DNA of 64,000 nucleotides from Amoebidium appalachense (GCA_963693365.1 CAVNZM010000006.1:11287355-11351354); one strand, 5' to 3'; positions 1 to 42,150 are shown, numbered from the stretch's first letter. Numbers and translations: made by a program. The notes: generated from the letters alone by a model not told the origin.

Positions 1-7631
<7,631 letters not shown>

Positions 7632-7638
<7 letters not shown>

Positions 7639-7751
7639 CCTTATATGGCTGACGCAGGCCGGAAATAGCCTTATATGACTGGTACAGGCCTGAAATAGGC
7701 TTATATGGCTGGTACAGGCATGAAATAGCCTTATATGGCTAGTAGAGGTCT
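7632..7751 (+). repeat. 30-bp tandem repeat starting at the VPS9 gene stop codon
   Basis: GAAATAGCCTTATATGGCTG..CAGGC, 4 copies (7632, 7662, 7692, 7722). Confidence 0.9.
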
Positions 7752-8492
7752 TGAATAATCATACATAATCATCCCCATAATGATATGGCTGCTAAGGGCT
7801 ATAAGTAGGAATGTATGGCTGGTGGCTGCCATCACTATACGTAGCGAAGGATGTGTATCACGTGGGTTCTACATGTACAGTGTTCGCGATGCTGAACCTG
7901 CCGCAGCTGCAGGGCATTAGGGGGGCTGGTCTGCTCGTTTTGTAAATAGTACCGAGGTGACTGGGCCCCCAAGTCTGATGGTGTGATGCTTTGTATGCAT
8001 GGGCGGGGAATGGGGATGGTGTTAGGAGTGCAGGCACATGCACTAATGTGACGGAATGTATGCCCACCACTGCACCACCTCTAGTATGCCACTGCGCCTG
8101 CAGCAGGCACCATGTGTGCCAGTGCCCAGGGTCCACACACATGGCGTAAGACAGGCCGCCAGGGGACTGTCTTCGTTTAGTCAATACATATCCATCGTTA
8201 ATTACCTCAGCATGGTACAGGATGTAGGTCGAATCTAGTGAAGGTGAGCTTCATGTTGCACTAACGATATAACAGGCTAGCCCAATCAGTAAGAGCAACT
8301 AAATATTAATATATGTATGTACAGGTCAGCACCCTGGGTGGTGCCAAATAAATCTACTTTCAATCAGTCGGCCCCCTGCCCCTGATTGCTGTGTTGCTGG
8401 TGCGCATGCACACCTCTTGCACTGTGTACCCTTCCTGTGTCTTTGATCCATTCATACCGTGCTACCACACGTACCTACCATGCTGATCCATT

Positions 8493-9002
8493 TCAGAGTG
8501 AAGTGAGCCCGCCCCACACGACCCGAATCGAATCCGGATCGACCCGATACATGACCCGGCCCGCATGGCTGGCCCGCTTGATGGTCAGCACCAGGATGCC
8601 GCAGTTGGCCAGCTTCTGCCGTGCAGCCGGGTGATTGGCCGTGTGGGGCAGATAGGCCGCTAGCAGCAGCCGCAGATACAGAGAGTGGCCTCCACCAACA
8701 ACCACTGTGCCCTCGGGCCGTGCAAACATGTACTCGGCAAACGTCTGGTGTGTGTGTGTGCATGTGTGTGTGCGTGTGTGTGTGTGTGTGTGTACGTGTG
8801 TGTGTGTACATATGTGTGTGTGTGTGTGTGCGTGTGCGTGTGTGTGCGCGCGCGCGCGAGCGCATGCGCGAAAGTGTGTATGTGTCTGCGCGCGCTGTGT
8901 GTGTGTGTGTTTGTGTGGTTCTGTGTGGGCCCGTGCGTGCGAGAAAGTGTGTGTGTGTATTTGTGTGCGTGTGTGTATGTGGATGCGCGTGTGCGTGCAT
9001 GC

Positions 9003-9038
<36 letters not shown>

Positions 9039-10603
9039 TTGTTTTTGTGTGCGGGTGTCAGGTTGTGTGCATGGCTGGAGTTGTACAGCGTGTATCACGG
9101 GGCCTTTATGTGTATGTGTACCTGCTGGCCTTGAAGGGTGGGCAGGGGGCTTGTGGTTACCACTAGATATGCATACCAACCTCCCCCCCCCCCCCCCTCC
9201 CCCCCCCCCCCCCCCCCCCCCACACACACACACCCACCCACTCACCCAACCGCACGGACCGTGCAACCAAAGAAAAAGGAATGAAAATAAAACACCCGGC
9301 CACATGACCGTTAAGTGTTCTAGGCAGGTGTGTACAAGGTGGTGCACTAGGGAAGCTATGCAAAGACACGGCACCCTGCCATGCCAGCAGGCACACAGCA
9401 CCCTGCCATGCTAGCAGGCACACAGCACCCTGCCATGCTAGCAGGCACACAGCACCCTGCCATGCTAGCAGGCACACAGCACCCTGCCATGCTAGCAGAC
9501 ACATGGCCTACCTGGACCCTGTGCATGGCCGTGCATGCCCAGTCTTTGGTGCCCGTGTTCATCTCCAGCCCGTACAGCCTGGTAGCATCAAGGCTTCCCC
9601 ACAGATACTGCACACGTGGTTAGCACATGCACACGCCATCCACATGCCTCATACACGTGCATGGTCCTATGCTGCAGATCGAGGATGGCGGCGCCGGCCG
9701 GAGGGTGTGACAGTCAGCCAATCAGCAGCACGGGCAGTGTATGGCCTTGAACTGGAATGGGGATGGCTGGTGGTGGTTCAAGGGGGAGGGGGGGGGGGGG
9801 GGGGGAGGGGGGGAGGGGGTTGATAGGCAGGCACACACCTTGTGCCAGACGGGCAGGGCCGGGGCTTCATGTTTGGGGGTGAGGGCGATGGTGTCTGGGT
9901 TGCGGCTGGCCTCCTGCAGACACGACAGCACATGCAGGGGCTCCATGGTGCCGTGCAGATGGTCCTGCAGCACAAGGCTGGGGCGGTGTGGGTGTGAGCA
10001 CCTGTGATTGTGTGTGTGTGGGTGCCCTTTGGTGCATGTGCGCTTGCAATGATTTCGGGAAGGCGTGATGGGGGGGGGGGGGGGGGGGAGGGGAAGGGAA
10101 GGAGGGAAGGAAGGGGGGGGAGGGAGGGGTCCAGGCTAGAAGCATATGGGAAACAGTGTCTGCATGCATTTTACGCTCCAATTCATAGTGCATGAGGACG
10201 GTAAGGTGACGAGAGCAGGCACGGGCACACCTTCATGCCTGCACATGCACACATGCACTAGGTGTGCAACCAAAACAAAACCAGCTACGTACAGGCTTAT
10301 GGGACACATGCAGGCAGACGTCAAGCGGTGGATTTGCACTGAGGATGGCCAGGACCCCCTCCCCCCCCCCACAAAAAAAAAAAGAAAGAGAGAAGGAAAG
10401 AAAGAAACGAGAACGAAATTCCAACTACATGCAAATGAAGCGTCGCTAGTATCAAAGGCGGAGGGGAGGGCGGGAGGGGGAGAAGGTTGTTGTTGTTGTT
10501 TCTACTAACCATGCTGTAGCTATGGAGCGTCTCAGATTCGAACACACCAACACAGACGGGGGGCTGCCCTTGTCTCCAAGCAGCAGCTGCTGCAGGCCCC
10601 GGT

Positions 10604-10636
<33 letters not shown>

Positions 10637-10924
10637 ACATGTATGCCTGAGGTCTGGGCGTGTTGAAGTAACGGTTATCCGATGTCACACAATCGCGTAT
10701 TTTTTGGCCAAGACCTCCCCCCCCCCCACCCACCACCACACCTTGCATCCCTTCTTTCCCATCTGGCCACCATGACCCCAGGCCCTTAAACTCACAGCAG
10801 ACCAAGAGGAATGGCGGCACATCAACGGACCCATGGCTGCCCATAAGTACTCAGGTACCCGTCATGTGTGGGCTTGTACGCAGGTGCACCAGAGCTTGCG
10901 TATGTGCATGCCTGTGTGTGTGTG

Positions 10925-10958
<34 letters not shown>

Positions 10959-11040
10959 CGAGTGTGACGGTGTGTGTGTGTGCTTGAAGGTGCATGTGTG
11001 TGTATTTGAGTCTACATGTGTGCCTCTATGTGTGTGTGTC

Positions 11041-11115
<75 letters not shown>

Positions 11116-12456
11116 CTCAAGCACATGGCCACCCACCGGCAGCTGGCCATTCCTTAGCACTTCCCTCAGGGCCAGGGCCTGTGCAATGCCGTGCTCACTG
11201 CCGGGCCGAATCGGGTCGGTCAGTAACAGCCAACAACTGTGTGCCGGACAGTACATTTTGTGTGTGTTGTGTGTGTCTGTTCCTTTTTCTTCTTTTGTGT
11301 GTATGTATGTGTGTGTGGGTGGGTGGGTGTGTGGGTGGGTGGTTGGGTCGGGGGAGGCCAGGTGAAAAATGACAGCGGGAGATTCAGGAAGCAGCCACCA
11401 GGAGGCTTACAAGGAGCACACACGGACACACGACAGCCCTAACTGTACACAGTGCTTGGTGTCTGTGTGGTCCGCGGACAGGAAAAGCCCGCAATTATAG
11501 TTAAGTGGAGTATGGGTGGGTGAGTGTCCCCTAACTGGGTGGGGGAGAAGGGGGGGGGGGGGGGGGGGGGGGGGGGAGGGGGGAGGGGGGGTACAACTCA
11601 CCTTAGGGGGGAGTCGAACAGCAGTGAGTCACAGCCGGCCATCAGCAATATCTCCCTTACTGCCGCACGGCCGAGCCGCCACAGCAACCCTGGGCCCCAC
11701 CCACGGTTGAAGATCTGGGGTAGGGTGGGGTGGGGTGAGGGTGGGGGGGGGGGGGGGGGGGGGGAGGGGGGGGGGGGGGGGGGGGGGGGAGGGAAGGAAT
11801 GAGCTAGTGTTGTCATAGTGTGTGCTAAAATATATGTGCAACGAGTGGAAGTCTTATGTGTGTGAGAGGAAAGGGCCAAACACAACGTTTAGATGCAGAA
11901 AATGTTGAGAGAGTGCCTTAGAACCATTAGCAAGGACATAACATATAGCTGCCCCTAGTGCAGTGTGTGTGTGTGCATGTGTGCCTTCTTCCATGGATGT
12001 GTTGGTTTTTGTGTTTGTTTGTGTGTGCGTGTGTTTGGTGTATGTATGTGCGTGCGTGTGTGCGCGCGCGTGTGTGCATGTGCATATATGGATAAGTGTG
12101 TAACTCAGAGCCCGTGTGTGTGTTCGCCAGCTTCCACACATGCCCATGTGTGATGCATGTGAGTGATAATCCGAATTGCGTACACCCACCTCGTTCCACT
12201 CGCTCTCTCCGTGGCGTATAAACACCAGCGTCTTCTCTTGTCCCTCTTCGTCCTTTATCATATCCGCGTCAGGTGGCAGTTTCCCCTGCCAGTCCTTTGA
12301 GAACAGCACCTGCAGTGTGCTTGTGCCCACCAAGCGCACACGGAACAGCACAGCCTCAAGCGTGCTGGGCCGCAGCAGCACCGCAAGTGCTAGCGCACCA
12401 GCACCCACCAGCAAAGGCGGTAGTGCGCCGTGGTAAGACATCAAAGAGCGTGCCAT
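8493..12456 (-). CDS. Histidine phosphatase superfamily (phosphoglycerate mutase-like) protein with hydrophobic N-terminus; 7 exons
   Basis: Exon 1 (12456-12190) contains [13 protein letters not shown] (RHG catalytic motif). Later exons give [35 protein letters not shown] and VVVGGGHS (second catalytic His). Exons are near 11714-11602, 11197-11137, 10604-10510, 9977-9839, 9623-9511 and 8744-8493. Confidence 0.85.
9365..9505. repeat. 27-bp minisatellite next to a splice donor
   Basis: GCACACAGCACCCTGCCATGCTAGCAG, about 5 copies. Confidence 0.95.
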
Positions 12457-12512
12457 GTTGGCGGCATAACAGCCGCAGGTAGGGGAGAGTGAGGGCGGGA
12501 GGGGGGGGGGGG

Positions 12513-12547
<35 letters not shown>

Positions 12548-12935
12548 GGGGGGGGGAGGGGGGGGGGGGGGGGGGGAGGGTTGGGGGAGGGGGGGGAGAT
12601 TATAACTGAGAGGTAGGGGTTGAGGATCGTGTGTGTGTATGCGTATGTATGTGTCTGTGTGCAAGGGGACTCCAACTGCTTGTAAGGAAAGGACACTAGC
12701 AGGCCAGGTCAAGCAAAAACTGCCGCGAACACCCGTTTGCATGACTGAAGAGATGTGGTGCGTTTTTGAATTGTGCGCCAACTGCAAGCCATCGCCCCAA
12801 TCTGACTGGCTGTGCCCTCACCAGGAGGCAGCCTGAGACACACAGGCAGACAGACGCTGCATCCAAGGTCTCCGCAAGTGACAGACGCGTCACGCCACAC
12901 AGCACACACAGGGCACGTATGCACGCACAGCGACC
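12457..12935. promoter_or_regulatory. Probable bidirectional promoter between the histidine phosphatase and ZDHHC17 genes
   Basis: Divergent ATGs are only about 480 bp apart; the stretch retains CpGs and has a CCAAT near 12797. Confidence 0.55.
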
Positions 12936-22030
<9,095 letters not shown>

Positions 22031-22663
22031 AGGGCATGTATGGGTGCACATGGCATGAATGGTATCCGAGTATGCCTGCAATGGCTGCATGGCAAATGAA
22101 ATTCGTGGAAGCCAGGGGCTGTGTGGAGGGGATGGCTTGCACCGTAGTTGCATGAATGAGCGGGGGTGAATGAATGATTAAGTGATGTCTGTTAGATTAA
22201 CCCGACGAGGGGTGGGGGCCTGGGCCCCGGCCAGTAAATGGGCCACTTAGAGATTCATGGTCTGAGCACAGTGTGGTGTCAGATGGTGGGGAGGGGAAAG
22301 GTCGGTGTGCACGTGTGCACTGCACACATAAGGCCTTGAACACTTGTTTTATCAATTGAGTGAATACATGGAGGGTGGCGTGGCACCCACATTAGTCCCT
22401 TTTATGTGCCATCGGGTGTGGTGCTTGAGGATGCATATGTCTCTACTCTACATGTGCCATTGCATATACTACAGATGCCTACGTGCCCCACCAGTCCAGT
22501 CATTCGTGCTGAAGTATCAAAAGGGCCCACAGCCTGCTGTGGCCCACATACACCTAATATGAGCTATTACTTGTGCCCTCTATGTAGTGTGCCGTGCATG
22601 GCCTCAGACCAACTACAGTGTCATCATACAAAGCCTCATCTATTTGGTGTGCTGTGCATAGAG

Positions 22664-34147
<11,484 letters not shown>

Positions 34148-34458
34148 CTTGTACTGTGAGAGTGTGTTGACTCTTGGGTCATTCTACTTGCATGCGAGCG
34201 TGTGTACTGTTTTGCGTTTCTGTGTTCGGTGCCTGTAAGTAATGCACTCCTATGTCCCCCGTTATTTGTTTGCCTATCTTTAAGGGTGCCTCCTACAAGC
34301 TCCGTTTTCATGCAGCTCACTGGGGGCTAAAGCTGAGATGTATTATGCCAGTGGGTGCTGTGGGCCCGTGGGCCTGTGACTGTGAGCTACGTGGCACCAG
34401 CTGGCACCAGCTAGCTGCGAGCACCATGGCCAGGCTCCAAATCAGTGGATCTAAGATA

Positions 34459-34495
34459 TTTCCCGCCAAAATCTATTCCTTGTTCCTGATTGGCT
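34459..34495 (-). promoter_or_regulatory. Candidate E2F site plus CCAAT box about 310-350 bp upstream of the RAD54B ATG
   Basis: TTTCCCGCCAAA at 34459-34470 fits the E2F consensus TTTSSCGC. CTGATTGGCT at 34486-34495 is AGCCAATCAG on the minus strand. Confidence 0.55.
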
Positions 34496-34975
34496 ATTCG
34501 TTTCTACTATGCCATCATGAGTCATATATCTTGCACCATAGTAGGCTATCATCAAGGCTTGCACAGTGTTTTGATCATTCCGGAGTCTCTCGGATCATCA
34601 TGACGTAGGCCAACCGCCTTTGGTGCTTTCTAAACAGCGGTGAACGTACATGTGCATGTATGTATGTGTGGAGGTGGAGGTGGGTGGGTGGGTGGGTGGG
34701 TTGGCGGGTGGGAAGGAAGGGAGGGAGGAAGGGAAGTCGGAGGGAGCTCGGGAGGCCTGGGGGGGGGGGGGGGGGAGGGGAGGGGGGGGGGGGGGAGGGG
34801 GGAGGAAGGGGGGAGGGGGGAGGGGGCCAGGGGCACCAAGTGCCCTCGGAGCTCGGGCTGGGGCACGATCAGTATGTACTGTGTGTTCGGTCACACTTAC
34901 TAAATAGTAGGCTATTCCGAGGGGAAATCGGTTTTGAAACAGGGGTTATTCGAAAGGTGGAGAGGGGGAAGGGGG

Positions 34976-35038
<63 letters not shown>

Positions 35039-35560
35039 GGGGTGCTTTCTTTGGTCCCCCCACCCCACTTTCGACGGTACACGTGGGTCCTCCCCCCCCC
35101 CTCCCCCCACCGCATGTACAACCCCCCCCCAGCCTTTCCCCCCCGAGAATTGGATGGGGACCCGCTCACCCCTCCGGCTAGCAGGGAAAGGGAGGCAAAC
35201 CCACCACCCGCCTAAGTAGGTCGGTCCTTAGGGCGGGTATCCGCTGGGAGGGGCGGGTTTCATCGGGACCCCGGGTGGGTGGGCCGGGTGGGTGGGTGGG
35301 GGTGGGGGGGGGGGGTCCATGTGGCCACCTCATGGCCACAGGCTGCCATGACTACATCAGATATCATGCATATGATTGGCAATGTGAGCACGAGTAGAAA
35401 CGGTCTACATGTGCATTCCCAAAGAGCAAACATTACAGCGCTCACAGGCTTGGTCACTTGAAACTCAGATACACACCACAGTTATCCTCCCCCCCTTCCC
35501 CCGAATTCCAGGCCTGGGCGAACGGGGCCCGTCTTGGCAGCCTGTGGGGTGGCCACGTGG

Positions 35561-35607
<47 letters not shown>

Positions 35608-38359
35608 GAGCTCCCCGGCCCCCGCTCCCCTCCCCCTCCTCTATTCTCGCGACAGAACGCGCACACAGGACATTTTCACATGTATGTATTTCACGCACAC
35701 ACTTCGAAGGTTTGTGTGGTACAATGTACAAACCAGCGTTGCAGCACCTGCACATGTACCTGCATGCACCACACACGTCGAATTTCACCTAACACAACGC
35801 ACACAACACTGCACAGTGAGCACGCTCGGTGCTCCCGATAATTTTTGAAGCCCTGATCGTAACGACAATATGTTGGTTAGTGAGCCTCGGGTCAAGTGTT
35901 ATACCTTGAAGGCATGTGTCTGTTGTACAATGACATCATGGGCAGGGTGGTCTCCGAAGAAGAAAGTTGTACAAGTTGCAGCTAAAATTCGTGTCTGTTT
36001 ACCATTAACCGTTGTCACTGGTGAATGCATGGCGGTGGTGCTTTGGGCCCTCAGAGCACATCTTGTTTTCATCTGGGCCATGAAGTCAGGGGAGAAGCTG
36101 GAAATCAGGTGAGACACACAAAACACATGTGGACAGAAGATAAGAAGACGGGGGTGTGGTGGCCATGGGTGGGGGATTCTAAAAATCTTTCGTCAAGACC
36201 CATCAGATAGAGATAACAAGGATAACACACGGTCGGACGTTGCATCGGCAACAAGAAGGTTTTTTATTCGAGAATTCCTTTTGGTTGGGCTACGGCCTGG
36301 ATTAGAACAGAGACTTGTACCAGCAGTGTTAACCCTTAACCCTGACAAATCCTCCTTTTAATGCACCAACGAACGCATGTGATGTTCTCTAAGTACAAAA
36401 ATGCACAACATGTGCTTCAAACTAGTGGGAAATACATACATACATGCCCGCGTCAGATCTGAACCGTCATCATTCAACTATCAACAAACTCAATTACTAT
36501 TAATACTTTCAATTTTCACTGAGATTGACTCCGGCAGGCGAGTCTCACAGAACATTCGGGTTTTCAGGTTGCCTTTTCAAAAAGGCAGGCCAAAATATTT
36601 CCATAAAAGAAGAAGCATATATCTTCAAAGTGTATCGCATTTTGTAAGAACATGTATAAGAATACTTGACGAGTCTCCAAATCCGGCCATAATTCGCGTC
36701 TTCACGTTTCTTCACGGTGTTCCCGCCTATTGACTTCAGCCACAGAGCTTTAGCACACGAGGAGGCCGACTTTCGACTCTGCCCATGCCCGTAGGTTGAA
36801 CTGCCTGACTGCGTCCCACGAGTACACGCACACCTCGGCGCCTGTCGTTGTCATAGCAAAAAGCTCAGCAGGAATCTTTACAGCGTCGCTTGTGTTGGCA
36901 CGGACACAACAAACGGTGCAATGATTGCACAGCTCAAACCGCCGTGGACCTGTGCCTATTTGCTGAAGCAGGCGCCAATGTTTTCGGTGGGCTGAGGAAG
37001 GTGCGTGGCCCACGGGCACAGACACCAGGCCTGCATGCACATTCTCGGGATCCAGCGCATAGAAATCTTCGCTTTGTGTCGACGTGGGTGGCTGTGTAAA
37101 CGACCCACGGGGAAACTTGCCCACCGGTGTGTGGCAGTCCATAGTCACAAAGTTAGCTGACTGGCGACGCTGATTAAACCGCATTTTTGCCGAGTAAAGA
37201 GGGATCACAGTGAGAAAAATGTGATGCACATTGACACCGGGATGAACCTTTTCTTCCGTTTGAAGACAACTTGTGTCATATAGAAGGCCCAAAAAATTCT
37301 GAATCACATGCAAAAGTGCGATGCTGGTTTTATAGGTTTTGGTGTTGGTATCAGATATCACTACATAATTCGTCATCATATTTGACTTGGCTGACCCACA
37401 ACCAATCGCTACAGCCTATGGTACATGATCTGAAGAATTTTGAGTGACTCTACAAAACAACCAGCATGATGCTTAACCAATCAACAAATACACTTGCACA
37501 AAGGTTTGAGCCAAAGATCGACTTTAAGGTTCTTTTCATTTCAAGTTCTTTATATTTGTAATGCAACCATCTAGGTAATTAGCTGTGTGTTAATGGATTT
37601 ATTAATTATATATACTGCTGTTTGCCATATAAACCGCTCGTAATCACCTCTAGGCTAACAAACAAAGAGTCACGGAATGGCTTTGCCACCGGGATCCCAC
37701 ACATTTTCGATTGGTTTACCTAATTGGACCACGAATCAGAGCAATTTGCCTGGACATGCTTTTTTCCTAAATGTACTCCAATCCCATTCAAGGTCCTTGG
37801 ATTGTATTTCTAGGCGCATGATTTTTAACGTGCTGGGCGAACGACATCCAATCAAATGCGTACTCATGTTTATGATTGTGGGAACTTCCGGAACCCAGGC
37901 CCCGGCGCCCGTTTAGCTCGATCACACACATTGTACATATGGAACGTAGCGATATTAAGCTGCCTAAAGCATAGCCAGGTTCTCAATTATGATATTACCT
38001 CTACTGAAAGCCTTCTTTGTACATTCTTTTTTTCCGAATTCGAAGGGCTGGTGCATCCGGCGAACCGCCAAATCTCCTGCGGCTTTTGCCGCTCGGTTTT
38101 ATTGGTACACCGTCGATAAAATACTAATACTAATTATAACTATTATTAATATTAGATTGAATACATACTACTGTGTTTTTGAGGGCAAAAGAAGAGAGGC
38201 AATGAGGGGCCTCTTAGGGGAGTTGGGGGGGGGGGGGCTGAATCGAACAGAGGTAGTAATAGTATGTAATGTACCCTACGTGGTACTGTACATACGTGCC
38301 GCGGCGCGCGTATGATATATGTACGCGTGTGTACAATATACATGCATACAATGGGGTTT

Positions 38360-38432
38360 GGGGTTTACGCTGTTTACTCGAGGCAAAGAGAGACCATAGC
38401 CAGCTGCTTACTCGAGGCAAAGAGAGACCAGT
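38360..38432 (+). repeat. 37-bp dispersed repeat (left copy plus partial tandem copy)
   Basis: GGGGTTTACGCTGTTTACTCGAGGCAAAGAGAGACCA at 38360-38396, with a partial second copy at 38403-38432. Confidence 0.85.
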
Positions 38433-39159
38433 CTCCGAATATGGGGGGAAAGTTTTGCTCGGAAGATCCCCTCAGCGGTATATCATGATCAAGCACCGTA
38501 TGTACATGTCGGGTGATAATATATATCAGGGTTTTCTTACTAGTACTCCCAGGCGAAGCACCATAAAGACTAAGAAAATCAATTATAATTAGTTGGGTCA
38601 CTAGTACTAGTGATGGCTGATACAGTACAATTATTGCAGTACCGCATAATGTACGTCTGTGTGTGATACGCTCTTTCTCCCTCATTCAATTTTTTTCTTC
38701 CGTTTCTACCTCACCCAAGCCTCCTGCCTTTTCCCTCACTCGAGTCATGGCGGCAAGCAGCTGCGTACACAGCTGATCGATCGGCCCCGGGCCCCCGGCA
38801 TGCGGGGCGTGATGACGTCATACACTGGTGTCATAGCCTATTCATGCTGTTGGTAGCTCACTTTGATCATAAAACAAGCATGACGCTGCTGAGTTGTGCT
38901 CCGGAGACGTACACCGTGACATAAACGAAGAGAGTTTTGGTGCTGGCACTGGAGAGCCTTGAGTCCCAACAGGAGACCCCCTACTCTGTCGTATACTACT
39001 GCCGCATACTGCGTACGGCAGTACGGGCATAGCGCAGCATAGAAGCACTTGGTGTATTCCTGCAGCACATACGGGCATAGCAGGGCTGCCGAAGTGATAA
39101 TTGTGGGGGGAAGGGGGGAGGATGTGGTGAGCTGTGCGCAGGTTAAAGTATAGTGCGTC

Positions 39160-39667
39160 ATGTTGCGTCACTTGGTACCGCGCTTGGGCGCACGCCCTGT
39201 GGCTGGACTTTGGAGGGGGGCAGCCGTGAGTGTGTCGAGGCAGCTGGCCACAGAGGCTGGGCCAGAGATACTCGTTACAGAGCGCTGTGCAAAGGTGCAC
39301 CCCCCTGCCTGCTTGCTTGCTGCACCATAGCACCCTTTGGCACCAGCCTGGCAATATAGTGCCGCACATGCCGAGGCCTGCACGGGTGTGTGGTTGTGGA
39401 GGGTGCATGACACCACCAACGGGAGAAAGATGGGCAGAGAAAGTGAGGTAGAGTTTGGTGGCAAGGGGGCCTTGTGAAGGAGGGGGACTCAGAGGGTGCT
39501 CTAGAGGGAGCAAATAGGGGATTGCGCGCGCGTGCGTGGTTCTTTTATTTAGGCTTTTTTTTTTTGGTGGCAGGGGGGAGGGAGGGGAGGGAGACGGAGT
39601 GGGGGGGGAAGGGGGAGGGGGGAGGCAAACGAGAGACACGCACACACACGAGCACACACACAGAGAT

Positions 39668-39712
<45 letters not shown>

Positions 39713-40489
39713 AGGGAGAGAGAGTGGGGTTATGCCTCAAACATATAAATCGTGATGTTTCTCAGTTGTCCCTCCCGTACGATGAAGAGAGAGAGAGATG
39801 TGGGGGGAGAAGGGGGGGGGGGGAGTGAGCGAGGGAGGGAGAGGGGGGGGGGGGGGGGGGGGGGGAAGAGAGAGAGAGAGAGAGAGAGAGGGAGGGAGGG
39901 AGGGAGAGAGGGATGTTAAACTTTAGATGTATTACAGGTGGATTTTCCCAGTTGTCCCTCCCGTACGTTGATTGTCATCCATGCACTTGTGCTCTTGCAG
40001 ATCTTTTTGCCTGACCCATGATCTCTTCCCCCAGACCCCCCCCCCCCCCCCCCCTCCCTCCCTGGCGCTGTGGGTCTCCTTACCTCCCCTCCTTTCCTGC
40101 CTCCTTCTTTGCAGCATTCTCTTTTGTGCTTTCTACTTGCTGGGGTTTGGCTGGTAGCCCCCCTCGCCCCCTGTGCTTGTGTATTGGTGTTCTTTCGTAG
40201 TGTCCTTGTGTGTCTCCTCCCTCCCTCCCCCCTGTCCTGCCCCCCTCCCCCCCCCCCCTCCCCCTCCACTCCCCTCCCTCTGGCCACCCCCATCTCCCCC
40301 CCCCGCATCCTCCACATCCACTCCCCTTCCCCCGGCACGGGCTTGATTTCAGTGTGCTCCGCTGTCTGTTTGTTTCCTTTTCCCTCGGGTGGCCCCATGC
40401 TTTCGGCCTCCACCCTCACCCACCCCTTTTGCCCTGTGGTGGCAGTATGGACATTTTGCCGACCTTGCACACGAGCCACATGCATACAC

Positions 40490-40535
<46 letters not shown>

Positions 40536-40717
40536 TTTTTTCTCTGCCCCCCCCCTCACTTTGTCCCCTTCTCTCCCTCCCTCTTTCACTATTCCCCCCT
40601 CCTCCTCTCCCCCCCCCCTCCCCCCCAAACACCCCTTTCTCTCCCCCTCCCGTTATGCTTCTGTCTCTGCCTCGTGTTTCTTCCCGCCCCCCGCTCTCTC
40701 TTCCCTTTCTCTCTCAC

Positions 40718-40753
<36 letters not shown>

Positions 40754-40825
40754 CCCCCCCCCCCCCCCCCCCCCTCTCTCTCCCTCCCTCCCTCCCTCCC
40801 TTCCCCCCCCCCCTCCCCCCTCTCT

Positions 40826-40864
<39 letters not shown>

Positions 40865-41728
40865 TAATAGTACTTCTAGTAATAAACTCTACAAAAGCAA
40901 TATCAATCATAGTATAACGAACCGTACATGCACACTCACAAGCAGTTGACTGAGCGTTCCAATCCCCCGTTATCCGTGTGTGATATCTGCTGAGGCATGT
41001 ATGTCTATCCATGGACCTCTTTCTATGTGCTGAGTATAGTTATGTTATGTGTTCGGGAATTCATGCCATTGGCAACCATGTTTTGTATCACATCTTGTGA
41101 CCATGTGCTCGTATTCCATGTTGCACCATGTGCTCGTATTCCATGTTGCAGCATGTGCTTGTATTCCATGTTGCAGCATGTGCTCGTATTCCATGTTGCA
41201 GAATGTGCTTGTATGTTGCAGCATGTGCCTGTATTCCATGTTGCAGCATGTGCTTGTATTCCATGTTGCAGCATGTGCTCGTATTCCATGTTGCAGCATG
41301 TGCTCGTATTCCATGTTTTCTCACCTCATCTGCCCCACCATGTGCTGACCTCTCGCTTTCCCTTCCAACTCTCTTCACAGCGCATCAACAAGCTACGGGA
41401 GGATGACCCAGAGCTGTGCCTGCGTGTGGAGGTGGACGGGGGGGCTGCCAGGGGTTCCAGTACGTGTTCAAGCTGGACAGCCTGAAGAACATCAGCAAGG
41501 AGGAGGACAGGTGTGTGGGTGCGTGTGTGCGTATGTGCTTGTGTGCGTGTGTGGATGTGTGGGTGGAACGTGGGTGGGGATGGGGTGGATTGCTGGTGTG
41601 TGTGTGTGTGTGTGTGTGTGTACATGTACGTGCGTGTGTGCGTGCCTGCGTGCCTGCGTGCGTGCGTGTGTGTGAGTGGGTGGGTGTGTGTGTGCGTGGG
41701 TGGGTTCGTGGGTGCGTGGTTGGGTGGG

Positions 41729-41817
<89 letters not shown>

Positions 41818-42116
41818 CTGTGAGTTTATGTGTGTGTGTGTGTGCGCGCGCGCGCCGCGGGTGTGTGTGTGTGTGTGTGTGTGAAGGTGTGGAGATGGAT
41901 AGATTGCTGATGTGTGGGTGCCAGGTTGTTTGAAAAGAACGGAGCCACGGTGGTGGTGGACTCGGGGTCTCTGGAGCTGCTGGGGGGCTCACAGGTCGAC
42001 TTCAAGTCGGTATGTGCAGTTTACGTTTTGCCCTGCATCGTGCTGGGATGTGTGTGTGTGTGTGCTTGCGTGCCTCTAAGATCCATTTTTCCTGTATATG
42101 TTGCCACGAATTCATT

Positions 42117-42150
<34 letters not shown>

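Noticed and set aside
36328-36345. TAACCC-like telomeric seed (also GGGGTTT x2 at 38353)
   Set aside because: Only two imperfect units; expected by chance.
38838-39161. Cys-containing 107-aa minus-strand ORF upstream of ISCA2
   Set aside because: No recognisable motif or supported splice partner; it overlaps the likely ISCA2 promoter and 5' UTR.
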